Assembly (NCBI GenBank): GCA_964016885.1
Contig: OZ024744.1
Location: forward strand, 29,822,001 to 29,886,000
Reading direction: 5' to 3'
Length of the DNA: 64,000 bases
From: Eledone cirrhosa
Lineage: Eukaryota
A model generated the notes under the pieces. It was given only the letters and a program-made list of their open reading frames with translations, had not been told where the DNA came from and did no database searches. This document shows, piece by piece, positions 13,255 to 28,304 of this stretch; the first letter of the stretch is position 1; each line of letters opens with the position of its first letter. A program made the translations under genes and the position numbers.

Positions 13255-16200
13255 TTGTACAAAACATTCCACCCCCATCTCTAGGTCCTCCCTGTGTACT
13301 ACGAGAGGACATTCCACCCCCCGTTTCTAGGTCCTCCCTCTGTACTACGACAGGACATTCCACCCCCCGTCTCTAGGTCCTCCCTCTGTACTACGACAGG
13401 ACATTCCACCCCCGTCTCTAGGTCCTCCTCTGTACTACTAGAGGACATTCCACGCCCCGTCTCTAGGTCCTCCCTCTGTACTACGAGAAGACATTCCATC
13501 CCCCGTCTCTAGGTCCTCCCTCTGTACTACGAGAGGACATTCCACCCCCCGTCTCTAGGTCCTCCCTCTGTACTACGAGAGGACATTCCACCCCCGTCTC
13601 TAGGTCCTCCCTCTGTACTACGACAGGACATTCCACCCCCCCGTCTCTAGGTCCTCCTCTGTACTACTAGAGGACATTCCACCCCCCCGTCTCTAGGTCC
13701 TCCTCTGTACTACTAGAGGACATTCCACGCCCCGTCTCTAGGTCCTCCCTCTGTACTACGAGAAGACATTCCATCCCCCGTCTCTAGGTCCTCCCTCTGT
13801 ACTACGAGAGGACATTCCACCCCCCGTTTCTAGGTGCTCCCTCTGTACTACGACAGGACATTCCAGCCCCCGTCTCTAGGTCCTCCTCTGTACTACGAGA
13901 GGACATTACACCCCCCGTCTCTAGGTCCTCCTCTGTACTACTAGAGGACATTCCACGCCCCGTCTCTAGGTCCTCCCTCTGTACTACGAGAAGACATTCC
14001 ATCCCCCGTCTCTAGGTCCTCCCTCTGTACTACGAGAGGACATTCCACCCCCCGTCTCTAGGTCCTCCCTCTGTACTACGAGAGGACATTCCAGCCCCCG
14101 TCTCTAGGTCCTCCCTCTGTACTACGAGAGGACATTCCACCCCCCGTCTCCAGGTCCTCCTCTGTACTACGACAGGACATTCCACCCCCCGTCTCTAGGT
14201 CCTCCTCTGTACTACGACAGGACATTCCACCCCCCGTTTCTACGTACTCCCTCTGTACTACGACAGGACATTCCACCCCCCGTCTCTAGCTCCCCCCTCT
14301 GTACTACGACAGGACATTCCACCCCCCGTCTCTAGGTCCTCCCTCTGTACAACGAAAAGACATTCCACCCCCCGTTTCTAGGTCCTCCCTCTGTACTACG
14401 ACAGGACATTCCACCCCCCGTCTCTAGGTCCTCCTCTGTACTACGAGAGGACATTCCACCCACCGTCTCTAGGTCATCCCTCTGTACTAATAGAGGACAT
14501 TCCACGCCCCGTCTCTAAGTCCTCCCTCTGTACTAATAGAGGGCATTCCACGCCCCGCCTCTAGGTCCTCCTCTGTACTACGAGAGGACATTCCACGCCC
14601 CGTCTCTAGGTCATCCCTCTGTACTACTAGAGGACATTCCACCCCCGTCTCTAGGTCCTCTCTCTGTACTAATAGAGGACATTCCACGCCCCGCCTCTAG
14701 GTCATCCCTCTGTACTACTAGAGGACATTCCACCCCCGTCTCTAGGTCCTCGCTCTGTACTAATAGAGGACATTACACCCCCCGTCTCTAGGTCATCCCT
14801 CTGTACTACTAGAGTACATTCCACCCACCGTCTCTAGGTCCTCCCTCTGTACTAATAGAGGACATTCCACGCCCCGTCTCTAGGTCATCCCTCTGTACTA
14901 CGAGAGGACATTCCAGCCCTCCGTTTCTAGGTCCTCCCTCTGTACTACTAGAGGACATTCCACCCCCCGTCTCTAGGTGCTCCCTCTGTACTACTAGAGG
15001 ACATTCCACCCCCCGTCTAGGTCCTCCCTCTGTACTACTAGAGGACATTCCACCCCCCGTCTTTAGGTCCTCCCTCTGTACTACGAGAGGACATTCCACC
15101 CCCCGTCTCTAGGTCCTGCTCTGTACTACGACAGGACATTCCACCCCCCGTCTCTAGGTCCTCCTCTGTACTATGACAGGACATTCCACCCAGTCTCTAG
15201 GTCCTCTTCTGTACTACGACAGGACATTCCACCCCCGTCTCTAGGTCCACCTCTTTACTACTAGAAGACATTCCACCCCCCGAATCTAGGTCCTCCTCTG
15301 TACTACTAGAGGACATTCCACTCCCCGTCTCTAGGTCCTCCCTCTGTACTACTAGAGGACATTCCACCACCCTGTGTCTAGGTCCTCCTCTGTAATACTA
15401 GAGGACATTCCACCCCCCGTCTCTAGGTCCTCCTCTGTAATACTAGAGGACATTCCACCCTCCGTCTCTAGGTCCTCCCTCTGTACTACGACAGGACATT
15501 CCACCCCCCGCCTCTAGGTCCTCCCTCTGTACTACGACAGGACATTCCACCCCCCGTCTCTAGGTCCCCCCTCAGTACAAGGACAGGACATTCCACCCCC
15601 GTCTCTAGGTCCTCTCTCTGTACTACGACAGGACATTCCACCCCCCATCTCTAGGTCCTCCTCTGTACTACGAGAGGACATTCCACCCCCCGTCTCTAGG
15701 TCCTCCTCTGTACTACGAGAGGACATTCCACCCACCGTCTCTAGGTCCTCCCTCTGTACTAATAGAGGACATTCCACGCCCCGTCTCTAGGTCATCCCTC
15801 TGTACTAATAGAGGACATTCCACCCCCGTCTCTAGGTCCTCCCTCTGTACTAATAGAGGACATTCCACCCCCGTCTCTAGGTGCTCCCTCTGTACTAATA
15901 GAGGACATTCCACGCCCCGTCTCTAGGTCCTCGCTCTGTACTAATAGAGGACATTCCACGCCCCGTCTCTAGGTCATCCCTCTGTACTACGAGAGGACAT
16001 TCCAGCCCCCTGTTTCTAGGTCCTCCCTCTGTACTACTAGAGGACATTCCACCCCCCGTCTCTAGGTCCTCCCTCTGTACTACGAGAGGACATTCCACCC
16101 CCGTCTCTAGGTCCTCCCTCTGTACTACTAGAGGACATTCCACGCCCCGTCTCTAGGTTAACCCTCTGTACTACGAGAGGACATTCCACCCACCGTCTCT

Positions 16201-19200
16201 AGGTCCTCCCTCTGTACTACTAGAGGACATTCCACCCCCGTCTCTAGGTCCTCCCTCTGTACTAATAGAGGACATTCCACGCCCCGTCTCTAGGTTAACC
16301 CTCTGTACTACGAGAGGACATTCCACCCCCGTCTCTAGGTCCTCCCTCTGTACTACGACAGGACATTCCACCCCCCGTCTCTAGGTCCTCCCTCTGTACT
16401 ACGAGAGGACATTCCACCCCCATCGCTAGGTCCTCCTCTGTACTACGACAGTACATTCCACCCCGTCTCTAGGTCCTCCTCTGTACTACGACAGGACATT
16501 CCACCCCGTCTCTAGGTCCTCTTCTGTACTACGACAGTACATTCCACCCACCGTCTCTAAGTCCTCCCTCTGTACTACGAGAAGACATTCCACGCCCCGT
16601 CTCTAGGTCCTCCCTCTGTACTACTAGAGGACTTTCCACCCCCGTCTCTAGGTCCTCCCTCTGTACTAATAGAGGACATTCCACCCACCGTCTCTAGGTC
16701 CTCCCTCTCTACTAATAGAGGACATTCCACCCCCGTCTCTAGGTCATCCCTCTGTACTACTAGAGGACATTCCACCCCCGTCTGTAGGTCCTCCCTCTGT
16801 ACTAATAGAGGACATTCCACGCCCCGTCTCTAGGTCCTCCCTCTGTACTACTAGAGGACATTCCACGCCCCGTCTCTAGGTCATCCCTCTGTACTAATAG
16901 AGGACATTCCACGCCCCGACTCTATGTCATCCCTCTGTACTACGAGAGGACATTCCAGCCCCCCGTTTCTAGGTCCTCCCTCTGTACTACTAGAGGACAT
17001 TCCACCCCCCGTCTCTAGCTCCTCCCTCTGTACTACTAGAGGACATTCCACCCCCCGTCTAGGTCCTCCTCTGTACTACGAGAGGACATTCCACCCCCGT
17101 CTCTAGGTCCTCCTCTGTACTACGAGAGGACATTCCAGCCCCCCGTTTCTAGGTCCTCCCTCTGTACTACTAGAGGACATTCCACGCCCCGTGTCTAGGT
17201 CCTCCCTCTGTACTACGAGAAGACATTCCATCCCCCGTCTCTAGGTCATCCCTCTGTACTACTAGAGGACATTCCACCCCCCGTTTCTAGGTCCTCCCTC
17301 TGTACTACTAGAGGACATTCCACGCCCCGTCTCTAGGTCCTCCCTCTGTACTACGAGAGGACATTCCACGCCCCGTCTCTAGGTGCTCCCTCTGTACTAC
17401 GACAGGACATTCCACGCCCCGTCTCTAGCTCCTCCTCTGTACTACGAGAGGACATTCCACCCCCCGTCTCTAGGTCCTCCCTCTGTACTACGACAGGACA
17501 TTCCACGCCCCGTGTCTAGGTCCTCCCTCTGTACAACGAGAGTACATTCCACGCCCCGTCTCTAGGTCCTCCCTCTGTACTACGAGAAGACATTCCATCC
17601 CCCGTCTCTAGGTCCTCCCTCTGTACTACGAGAGGACATTCCACCCCCGTCTCTACGTCCTCCCTCTGTACTACTAGAGGACATTCCACCCCCCGTTTCT
17701 AGATCCTCCCTCTGTACTACTAGAGGACATTCAAACCCCCGTCTCTAGGTCCTCCCTCTCTACTACTAGAGGACATTCCACCCCCGTCTCTAGGTCCTCC
17801 CTCTGTACTACGACAGGACATTCCACCCCCCGTCTCTAGGTACTCCCTCTGTACTACGAGAGGACATTCCACCCCCCGTCTCTAGGTCCTCCCTCTGTAC
17901 TACGAGAGGACATTCCACCCCCCGTCTCTAGGTCCTCCTCTGTACTACGACAGGACATTCCACCCCGTCTCTAGGTCCTCCTCTGTACTACGACAGGACA
18001 TTCCACCCCCCGTCTCTAGGTCCTCCTCTGTACTACTAGAAGACATTCCACCCCCCGCATCTAGGTCCTCCTCTGTACTACTAGAGGACATTCCACTCCC
18101 CGTCTCTAGGTCCTCCCTCTGTAGTACTAGAGGACATTCCACCCCCCGTCTCTAGGTCCTCCCTCTGTACTACGACAGGACATTCCACCCCCCGTCTCTA
18201 GGTCCTCCCTCTGTACTACGACAGGACATTCCACCCCCCGTCTCTAGGTCCTCCCTCTGTACTACGAGAGGACATTCCACCCCCCGTCTCTAGGTCCTCC
18301 TCTGTACTACGAGAGGACATTCCACCCCCCGTCTCTAGGTCCTCCCTCTGTACTACGAGAGGACATTCCACCCCCGTCTCTAGGTGCTCCCTCTGTACTA
18401 CTAGAGGACATTCCAACCCCCGTCTCTAGGTCCTCCCTCTCTACTACTAGAGGACATTCCACCCCCCGTCTCTAGGTCCTCCCTCTGTACTACGAGAGGA
18501 CATTCCACCCCCCGTCTCTAGGTCCTCCCTCTGTACTACGAGAGGACATTCCACCCCCCGTCTCTAGGTCCTCCTCTGTACTACGACAGGACATTCCACC
18601 CCCCGTCTCTAGGTCCTCCTCTGTACTATGACAGGACATTCCACCCCGTCTCTAGGTCCTCTTCTGTACTACGACAGGACATTCCACCCCCGTCTCTAGG
18701 TCCTCCTCTTTACTACTAGAAGACATTCCACCCCCCGAATCTAGGTCCTCCTCTGTACTACTAGAGGACATTCCACTCCCCGTCTCTAGGTCCTCCCTCT
18801 GTACTACGACAGGACATTCCACCCCCCCCGCCTCTAGGTCCTCCCTCTGTACTACGACAGGACATTCCACCCCCCGTCTCTAGGTCCCCCCTCAGTACAA
18901 GGACAGGACATTCCACCCCCCGTCTCTAGGTCCTCCCTCTGTACTACGAGAGGACATTCCACCCCCCGTCTCTAGGTCCTCCCTCTGTACTACGAGAGGA
19001 CATTCCACCCCCCGTCTCTAGGTCCTCCTCTGTACTACGACAGGACATTCCACCCCCCGTCTCTAGGTCCTCCTCTGTACTACGACAGGACATTCCACCC
19101 CGTCTCTAGGTCCTCTTCTGTACTACGACAGGACATTCCACCCCCGTCTCTAGGTCCTCCTCTTTACTACGACAGGACATTCCACTCCCCGTCTCTAGGT

Positions 19201-22200
19201 CCTCCCTCTGTACTAATAGAGGACATTCCACGCCCCGTCTCTAGGTCATCCCTCTGTACTAATAGAGGACATTCCACGCCCCATCTCTAGGTCCTCCTCT
19301 GTACTAATAGAGGACATTCCACGCCCCGTCTCTAGGTCATCCCTCTGTACTACGAGAGGACATTCCAGCCTCTCGTTTCTAGGTCCTCCCTCTGTATTAC
19401 TAGAGGACATTCCACCCCCGTCTCTAGGTCCTCCCTCTGTACTAATAGAGGACATTACACCCCCCGTCTCTAGGTCCTCCCTCTCTACTAATAGAGGACA
19501 TTCCACCCCCGTCTCTAGGTCATCCCTCTGTACTACTAGAGGACATTCCACGCCCCGTCTCTAGGTCCTCCTCTGTACTACTAGAGGACATTCCACCCCC
19601 CGTCTCTAGCTCCTCCCTCTGTACTACTAGAGGACATTCCACCCCCCGTCTAGGTCCTCCTCTGTACTACGAGAGGACATTCCACCCCCGTCTCTAGGTC
19701 CTCCCTCTGTACTACGAGAGGACATTCCACCCCCGTCTCTAGGTCCTCCCTCTCTACTACTAGAGGACATTCCACCCTCCGTCTCTAGGTCCTCCCTCTG
19801 TACTACGACAGGACATTCCACCCCCCGTCTCTAGGTCCTCCCTCTGTACTACGAGAGGACATTCCACCCCCCGTCTCTAGGTCCTCCCTCTGTACTACGA
19901 GAGGACATTCCACCCCCCGTCTCTAGGTCCTCCTCTGTACTACGACAGGACATTCCACCCCGTCTCTAGGTCCTCCTCTGTACTACTACAGGACATTCCA
20001 CCCCCCGTCTCTAGGTCCTCCTCTGTACTACGACAGGACATGCCACCCCCCGTTTCTAGGTCCTCCTCTGTACTACGAGAGGACATTCCACCCCCGTCTC
20101 TAGGTCCTCCCTCTCTACTACTAGAGGACATTCCACCCCCCGTCTCTAGGTCCTCCCTCTGTACTACGACAGGACATTCCACCCCCCGTCTCTAGGTCCT
20201 CCCTCTGTACTACGACAGGACATTCCACCCCCGTCTCTAGGTCCTCTCTCTGTACAACGACAGGACATTCCACCGCCCGTCTCTAGGTCCTCCCTCTGTA
20301 CTACGACAGGACATTCCACCCCCCGTCTCTAGGTCCTCCCTCTGTACTACGAGAGGACATTCCACCCCCGTCTCTAGGGCCTCCCTCTGTACTAATAGAG
20401 GACATTCCACGCCCCGTCTCTAGGTCATCCCTCTGTACTACTAGAGGACATTCCACCCCCGTCTCTAGGTCCTCCTCTGTACTACGAGAGGACATTCCAC
20501 GCCCCGTCTCTAGGTCCTCCCTCTGTACTACGAGAGGACATTCCACGCCCCGTCTCTAGGTCCTCCCTCTGTACTACGAGAGGACATTCCACCCCCCGTC
20601 TCTAGGTCCTCCCTCTGTACTACGAGAGGACATTCCACGCCCCGTCTCTAGGTCCTCCCTCTGTACTACGAGAGGACATTCCACGCCCCGTCTCTAGGTC
20701 CTCCCTCTGTACTACGAGAGGACATTCCACGCCCCGTCTCTAGGTCCTCCCTCTGTACTACGAGAGGACATTCCACGCCCCGTCTCTAGGTCCTCCCTCT
20801 GTACTACGAGAGGACATTCCACCCCCCGTCTCTAGGTCCTCCCTCTGTACTACGAGAGGACATTCCACCCCCGTCTCTAGGTCCTCCCTCTGTACTACGA
20901 GAGGACATTCCACGCCCCGTCTCTAGGTCCTCCCTCTGTACTACGAGAGGACATTCCACCCCCGTCTCTAGGTCCTCCCTCTGTACTACGAGAGGACATT
21001 CCACCCCCCGTCTCTAGGTCCTCCCTCTGTACTACGAGAGGACATTCCACCCCCGTCTCTAGGTCCTCCCTCTGTACTACGAGAGGACATTCCACGCCCC
21101 GTCTCTAGGTCCTCCCTCTGTACTACGAGAGGACATTCCACGCCCCGTCTCTAGGTCCTCCCTCTGTACTACGAGAGGACATTCCACCCCCCGTCTCTAG
21201 GTCCTCCCTCTGTACTAATAGAGGACATTCCACCCCCCGTCTGTAGGTCCTCCTCTGTACTACGACAGGACATTCCACGCCCCGTCTCTAGGTCCTCCCT
21301 CTGTACTACGAGAGGACATTCCACCCCACGTCTCTAGGTCCTCCCTCTGTACTACGAGAGGACATTCCACCCCCGTCTCTAGGTCCTCCCTCTGTACTAC
21401 GAGAGGACATTCCACGCCCCGTCTCTAGGTCCTCCCTCTGTACTAATAGAGGACATTCCACCCCCCGTCTCTAGGTCCTCCCTCTGTACTACGAGAGGAC
21501 ATTCCAGCCCTCCGTTTCTAGGTCCTCCCTCTGTACTACTAGAGGACATTCCACCCCTCGTCTCTAGGTCCTCCCTCTGTACTACTAGAGGACATTCCAC
21601 CCCCCGTCTAGGTCCTCCTCTGTACAACGAGAGGACATTCCACCCTCCGTCTCTAGGTCCTCCCTCTGTACTACGAGAGGACATTCCACCCCCGTCTCTA
21701 GGTCCTCCTCTGTACTACGACAGGACATTCCACGCCCCGTCTCTAGGTCCTCCCTCTGTACTACGAGAGGACATTCCACGCCCCGTCTCTAGGTCCTCCC
21801 TCTGTACTACGACAGGACATTCCACCCCCCGTCTGTAGGTCCTCCTCTGTACTACGAGAGGACATTCCACCCCCCGTCTCTAAGTCCTCCCTCTGTACTA
21901 ATAGAGGACATTCCACCCCCGTCTCTACGTCCTCCCTTTGTACTACGAGAGGACATTCCACCCCCGTCTCTAGGTCCTCCCTCTGTACTACTAGAGGACA
22001 TTCCACCCCCCGTTTCTAGGTCCTCCCTCTGTACTACTAGAGGACATTCCAACCCCCGTCTCTAGGTCCTCCCTCTCTACTACTAGAGGACATTCCACCC
22101 CCCGTCTCTAGGTCCTCCCTCTGTACTACTAGAGGACATTACACCCCCCGTCTCTAGGTCCTCCCTCTGTACTACGAGAGGACATTCCACCCCCCGTCTC

Positions 22201-25200
22201 TAGGTCCTCCCTCTGTACTACGAGAGGACATTCCACGCCCCGTCTCTAGGTGCTCCCTCTGTACTAATAGAGGACATTCCACCCCCGTCTCTACGTCCTC
22301 CCTCTGTACTACTAGAGGACATTCAAACCCCCGTCTCTAGGTCCTCCCTCTCTACTACTAGAGGACATTCCACCCCCGTCTCTAGGTCCTCCCTCTGTAC
22401 TACGACAGGACATTCCACCCCCGTCTCTAGGTACTCCCTCTGTACTACGAGAGGACATTCCACCCCCCGTCTCTAGGTCCTCCCTCTGTACTACGAGAGG
22501 ACATTCCACCCCCCGTCTCTAGGTCCTCCTCTGTACTACGACAGGACATTCCACCCCGTCTCTAGGTCCTCCTCTGTACTACGACAGGACATTCCACCCC
22601 CCGTCTCTAGGTCCTCCTCTGTACTACTAGAAGACATTCCACCCCCCGCATCTAGGTCCTCCTCTGTACTACTAGAGGACATTCCACTCCCCGTCTCTAG
22701 GTCCTCCCTCTGTAGTACTAGAGGACATTCCACCCCCCGTCTCTAGGTCCTCCCTCTGTACTACGACAGGACATTCCACCCCCCGTCTCTAGGTCCTCCC
22801 TCTGTACTACGACAGGACATTCCACCCCCCGTCTCTAGGTCCTCCCTCTGTACAACGACAGGACATTCCACCCCCCGTCTCTAGGTCCTCCCTCTGTACT
22901 ACGACAGGACATTCCACCCCCCGTCTGTAGGTCCTCCTCTGTACTACGAGAGGACATTCCACCCCCCGTCTCTAGGTCCTCCTCTGTACTACGAGAGGAC
23001 ATTCCACCCACCGTCTCTATGTCCTCCCTCTGTACTACGAGAGGACATTCCACGCCCCGTCTCTAGGTCCTCCCTCTGTACTACGAGAAGACATTCCATC
23101 CCCCGTCTCTAGGTCCACCCTCTGTACTACGAGAGGACATTCCACCCCCGTCTCTAGGTCCTCCCTCTGTACTACGACAGGACATTCCAACCCCCGTCTC
23201 TAGGTCCTCCCTCTCTACTACTAGAGGACATTCCACCCCCCGTCTCTAGGTCCTCCCTCTGTACTACGAGAGGACATTCCACCCCCCGTCTCTAGGTCCT
23301 CCCTCTGTACTACGAGAGGACATTCCACCCCCCGTCTCTAGGTCCTCCTCTGTACTACGACAGGACATTCCACCCCCCGTCTCTAGGTCCTCCTCTGTAC
23401 TACGACAGGACATTCCACCCCGTCTCTAGGTCCTCCTCTGTACTACGACAGGACATTCCACCCCGTCTCTAGGTCCTCTTCTGTACTACGACAGGACATT
23501 CCACCCCCGTCTCTAGGTCCTCCTCTTTACTACTAGAAGACATTCCACCCCCCGAATCTAGGTCCTCCTCTGTACTACTAGAGGACATTCCACTCCCCGT
23601 CTCTAGGTCCTCCCTCTGTACTACGACAGGACATTCCACCCCCCCGCCTCTAGGTCCTCCCTCTGTACTACGACAGGACATTCCACCCCCCGTCTCTAGG
23701 TCCCCCCTCAGTACAAGGACAGGACATTCCACCCCCCGTCTCTAGGTCCTCCCTCTGTACTATGACAGGACATTCCACCCCCCGTCTCTAGGTCCTCCTC
23801 TGTACTACGAGAGGACATTCCACCCCCGTCTCTAGGTCCTCCCTCTGTACTAATAGAGGACATTCCACGCCCCGTCTCTAGGTCATCCCTCTGTACTACG
23901 AGAGGACATTCCACCCCCGTCTCTAGGTCCTCCCTCTGTACTAATAGAGGACATTCCACGCCCCGACTCTATGTCATCCCTCTGTACTACGAGAGGACAT
24001 TCCAGCCCCCCGTTTCTAGGTCCTCCTTTTGTACTACTAGAGGACATTCCACCCCCCGTCTCTAGCTCCTCCCTCTGTACTTCTAGAGGACATTCCACCC
24101 CCCGTCTAGGTCCTCCTCTGTACTACGAGAGGACATTCCACCCCCGTCTCTAGGTCCTCCCTCTGTACTACGAGAGGACATTCCACCCCCGTCTCTAGGT
24201 CCTCCCTCTCTACTACTAGAGGACATTCCACCCTCCGTCTCTAGGTCCTCCCTCTGTAATACGACAGGACATTCCACCCCCCGTCTCTAGGTCCTCCCTC
24301 TGTACTACGAGAGGACATTCCACCCCCCGTCTCTAGGTCCTCCCTCTGTACTACGAGAGGACATTCCACCCCCCGTCTCTAGGTCCTCCTCTGTACTACG
24401 ACAGGACATTCCACCCCCCGTCTCTAGGTCCTCCTCTGTACTAGAACAGGACATTCCACCCCGTCTCTAGGTCCTCCTCTGTACTACTACAGGACATTCC
24501 ACCCCCCGTCTCTAGGTCCTCCTCTGTACTACGACAGGACATGCCACCCCCCGTTTCTAGGTCCTCCCTCTGTACTACGACAGGACATTCCACCCCCCGT
24601 CTCTAGGTCCTCCCTCTGTACTACGACAGGACACTCCACCCCCCGTCTCTAGGTCCTCCTCTGTACTACGAGAGGACATTCCACCCCCCGTCTCTAGGTC
24701 CTCCCTCTGTACTACTAGAGGACATTCCACGCACCGTCTCTAGGTCATCCCTCTGTACTAATAGAGGACATTCCACCCCCGTCTCTAGGTCCTCCCTCTG
24801 TACTACTAGAGGACATTCCACGCCCCGTCTCTAGGTCCTCGCTCTGTACTAATAGAGGACATTCCACGCCCCGTCTCTAGGTCATCCCTCTGTACTACTA
24901 GAGGACATTCCACGCCCCGTCTCTAGGTCCTCCCTCTGTACTACTAGAGGACATTCCACCCCCGTCTAGGTCCTCCTCTGTACAACGAGAGGACATTCCA
25001 CCCTCCGTCTCTAGGTCCTCCTCTGTACTACGAGAGGACATTCTACCCCGTCTCTAGGTCCTCCTCTGTACTACGACAGGACATTCCACCCCCCCCCCGT
25101 CTCTAGGTCCTCCCTCTGTACTACTAGAGGACATTCCACCCCCCGTCTCTAGGTCCTCCTCTGTACTACTAGAGGACATTCCACCCCCCGTCTCTAGGTC

Positions 25201-28200
25201 CTCCTTCTGTACTACGCCAGGACATTCCACCCCCCGTCTCTAGGTCCTCCCTCTGTACAACGACAGGACATTCCACCCCCCGTCTCTAGGTCCTCCCTCT
25301 GTACTACGAGAGGACATTCCACGCCCCGTCTCTAGGTCCTCCCTCTGTACTAATAGAGGACATTCCACGCCCCGTCTCTAGGTCCTCCTCTGTACTACGA
25401 GAGGACATTCCACCCCCCGTCTCTAGGTCCTCCTCTGTACTACGAGAGGACATTCCACCCCCGTCTCTAGGTCCTCCTCTGTACTACGAGAGGACATTCC
25501 ACGCCCCGTCTCTAGGTCCTCCCTCTGTACTAATAGAGGACATTCCACCCCCGTCTCTAAGTCCTCCCTCTGTACTAATAGAGGACATTCCACGCCCCGT
25601 CTCTAGGTCATCCATCTGTACTACTAGAGTACATTCCACCCACCGTCTCTAGGTCCTCCCTCTGTACTAATAGAGGACATTCCACGCCCCGTCTCTAGGT
25701 CCTCCCTCTGTACTACGAGAGGACATTCCACCCCCGTCTCTAGGTCCTCCTCTGTACTACGACAGGACATTCCACGCCCCATGTCTAGGTCCTCCCTCTG
25801 TACTACGAGAAGACATTCCATCCCCCGTCTCTAGGTCCTCCCTCTGTACTACGAGAGGACATTCCACCCCCATCTCTACGTCCTCCCTCTGTACTACTAG
25901 AGGACATTCCACCCCCCGTTTCTAGGTCCTCCTTCTGTACTAATAGAGGACATTCCACGCCCCGTCTCTAGGTCATCCCTCTGTACTAATAGAGGGCATT
26001 CCACGCCCCGTCTCTAGGTTAACCCTCTGTACTAATAGAGGACATTCCACGCCCCGTCTCTAGGTCATCCCTCTGTACTAATAGAGGACATTCCACGCCC
26101 CGTCTCTAGGTCCTCCCTCTGTACTACTAGAGGACATTCCACGCCCCGTCTCTAGGTTAACCCTCTGTACTAATAGAGGACATTCCACGCCCCGTCTCTA
26201 GGTTAACCCTCTGTACTACTAGAGGACATTCCACCCACCGTCTCTAGGTCCTCCTCTGTACTAATAGAGGACATTCCACGCCCCTTCTCTAGGTCATCCC
26301 TCTGTACTACGAGAGGACATTCCAGCCCCCCGTTTCTAGGTCCTCCCTCTGTACTACTAGAGGACATTCCACCCCCCGTCTCTAGCTCCTCCCTCTGTAC
26401 TACTAGAGGACATTCCACCCCCCGTCTAGGTCCTCCTCTGTACTACGAGAGGACATTCCACCCCCGTCTCTAGCTCCTCCTCTGTACTACGACAGGACAT
26501 TCCACCCCCCGTCTCTAGGTCCTCCCTCTGTACTACGAGAGGACATTCCACCCCCCGTCTCTAGGTCCTCCCTCTGTACTACGAGAGGACATTCCATCCC
26601 CCGTCTCTAGGTCCTCCTCTGTACTACGACAGGACATTCCACCCCGTCTCTAGGTCCTCCTCTGTACTACTACAGGACATTCCACCCCCCGTCTCTAGGT
26701 CCTCCTCTGTACTACGACAGGACATTCCACCCCGTCTCTAGGTCCTCCTCTGTACTACTACAGGACATTCCATCCCCCGTCTCTAGGTCCTCCTCTGTAC
26801 TACGACAGGACATTCCACCCCCCGTTTCTAGGTCCTCCCTCTGTACTACGACAGGACATTCCACGCCCCGTGTCTAGGTCCTCCCTCTGTACTACGAGAA
26901 GACATTCCATCCCCCGTCTCTAGGTCCTCCCTCTGTACTACGAGAGGACATTCCACCCCCGTCTCTACGTCCTCCCTCTGTACTACTAGAGGACATTCCA
27001 CCCCCCGTTTCTATGTCCTCCCTCTGTACTACTAGAGGACATTCAAACCCCCGTCTCTAGGTCCTCCCTCTCTACTACTAGAGGACATTCCACCCCCCGT
27101 CTCTAGGGCCTCCCTCTGTACTACGACAGGACATTCCACCCCCCGTCTCTAGGTCCTCCCTCTGTACTACGAGAGGACATTCCACCCCCCGTCTCTAGGT
27201 CCTCCCTCTGCACTACGAGAGGACATTCCACGCCCCGTTTCTAGGTCCTCCCTCTGTACTACGACAGGACATTCCACGCCCCGTGTCTAGGTCCTCCCTC
27301 TGTACTACGAGAGGACATTCCACGCCCCGTCTCTAGGTCCTCCCTCTGTACTACGAGAAGAAATTCCATCCCCCGTCTAGGTCCTCCTCTGTACTACGAC
27401 AGGACATTCCACCCCCCGTCTCTAGGTCCTCCTCTGTACCACGACAGGACATTCCACCCCCCGTCTCTAGGTCCTCCTCTGTACTACTAGAATACATTCC
27501 GCCCCCCGCATCTATGTCCTCCTCTGTACTACGACAGGACATTCCACCCCCCGTTTCTAGGTCCTCCTCTGTACAACGAGAGGACATTCCACCCCCGTCT
27601 CTAGGTCCTCCTCTGTACTACTAGAGGACATTCCACCCTCCGTCTCTCGGTCCTCCTCTCTCCTACGAGAGGACATTCCACCCCCGTCTCTAGTTCCTCC
27701 TCTGTACTACGAGAGGACATTCCACCCCCGTCTCTAGGTCCTCCTCTGTACTACGACAGGACATTCCACCCCCGTCTCTAGGTCCTCCTCTGTACTACGA
27801 CAGGACATTCCACCCCCCGTCTCTAGGTCCTCCCTCTGTACTACTAGAGGACATTCAACCTCCAGTTTGTAGGTCCTCCCTCTGTACAACGAGAGGACAT
27901 TCCACCCCCGTCTCTAGGTCCTCCTCTGTACTACGACTGGACATTCCACCCCCCGTCTCTAGGTCCTCCCTCTGTACTACTAGAGGACATTCAACCTCCA
28001 GTTTCTAGGTCCTCCCTCTGTACTACGAGAGGACATTCCACCCCCCGTCTCTAGGTCCTCCCTCTGTACAACGAGAGGACATTCCACCCCCGTCTCTAGG
28101 TCCTCCTCTGTACTACGAGAGGACATTCCAGCCACCCGTTTCTAGGTCCTCCCTCTGTACAACGAGAGGACATTCCACCCCCCGTCTCTAGGTCCTCCTC

Positions 28201-28304
28201 TGTACTACGACAGGACATTCCACCCCCGTCTCTAGGTCCTCCTCTGTAATACGACAGGACATTCCACGCCCCGTCTCTAGGTCCTCCCTCTGTACAACGA
28301 GAGG
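13255..28304. repeat. Satellite array of ~44-46-bp monomers, ~15 kb (roughly 330 copies)
   Basis: Consensus GAGGACATTCCACCCCCCGTCTCTAGGTCCTCCCTCTGTACTACGA repeated head to tail. Variation is concentrated in the C-run length and the ACGAG/ACGAC/ACTAG/AATAG site. Confidence 0.98.

Noticed and set aside
13255-28304. CRISPR array, or repetitive protein genes from the many MECPLVVQREDLETG ORFs
   Set aside because: Units abut with no unique spacers and no cas genes. The ORFs arise from frame-shifting 44-46-bp monomers.
13255-28304. Ribozyme-encoding satellite like newt or schistosome satellites
   Set aside because: No CUGANGA/GAAA core on either strand of the monomer.
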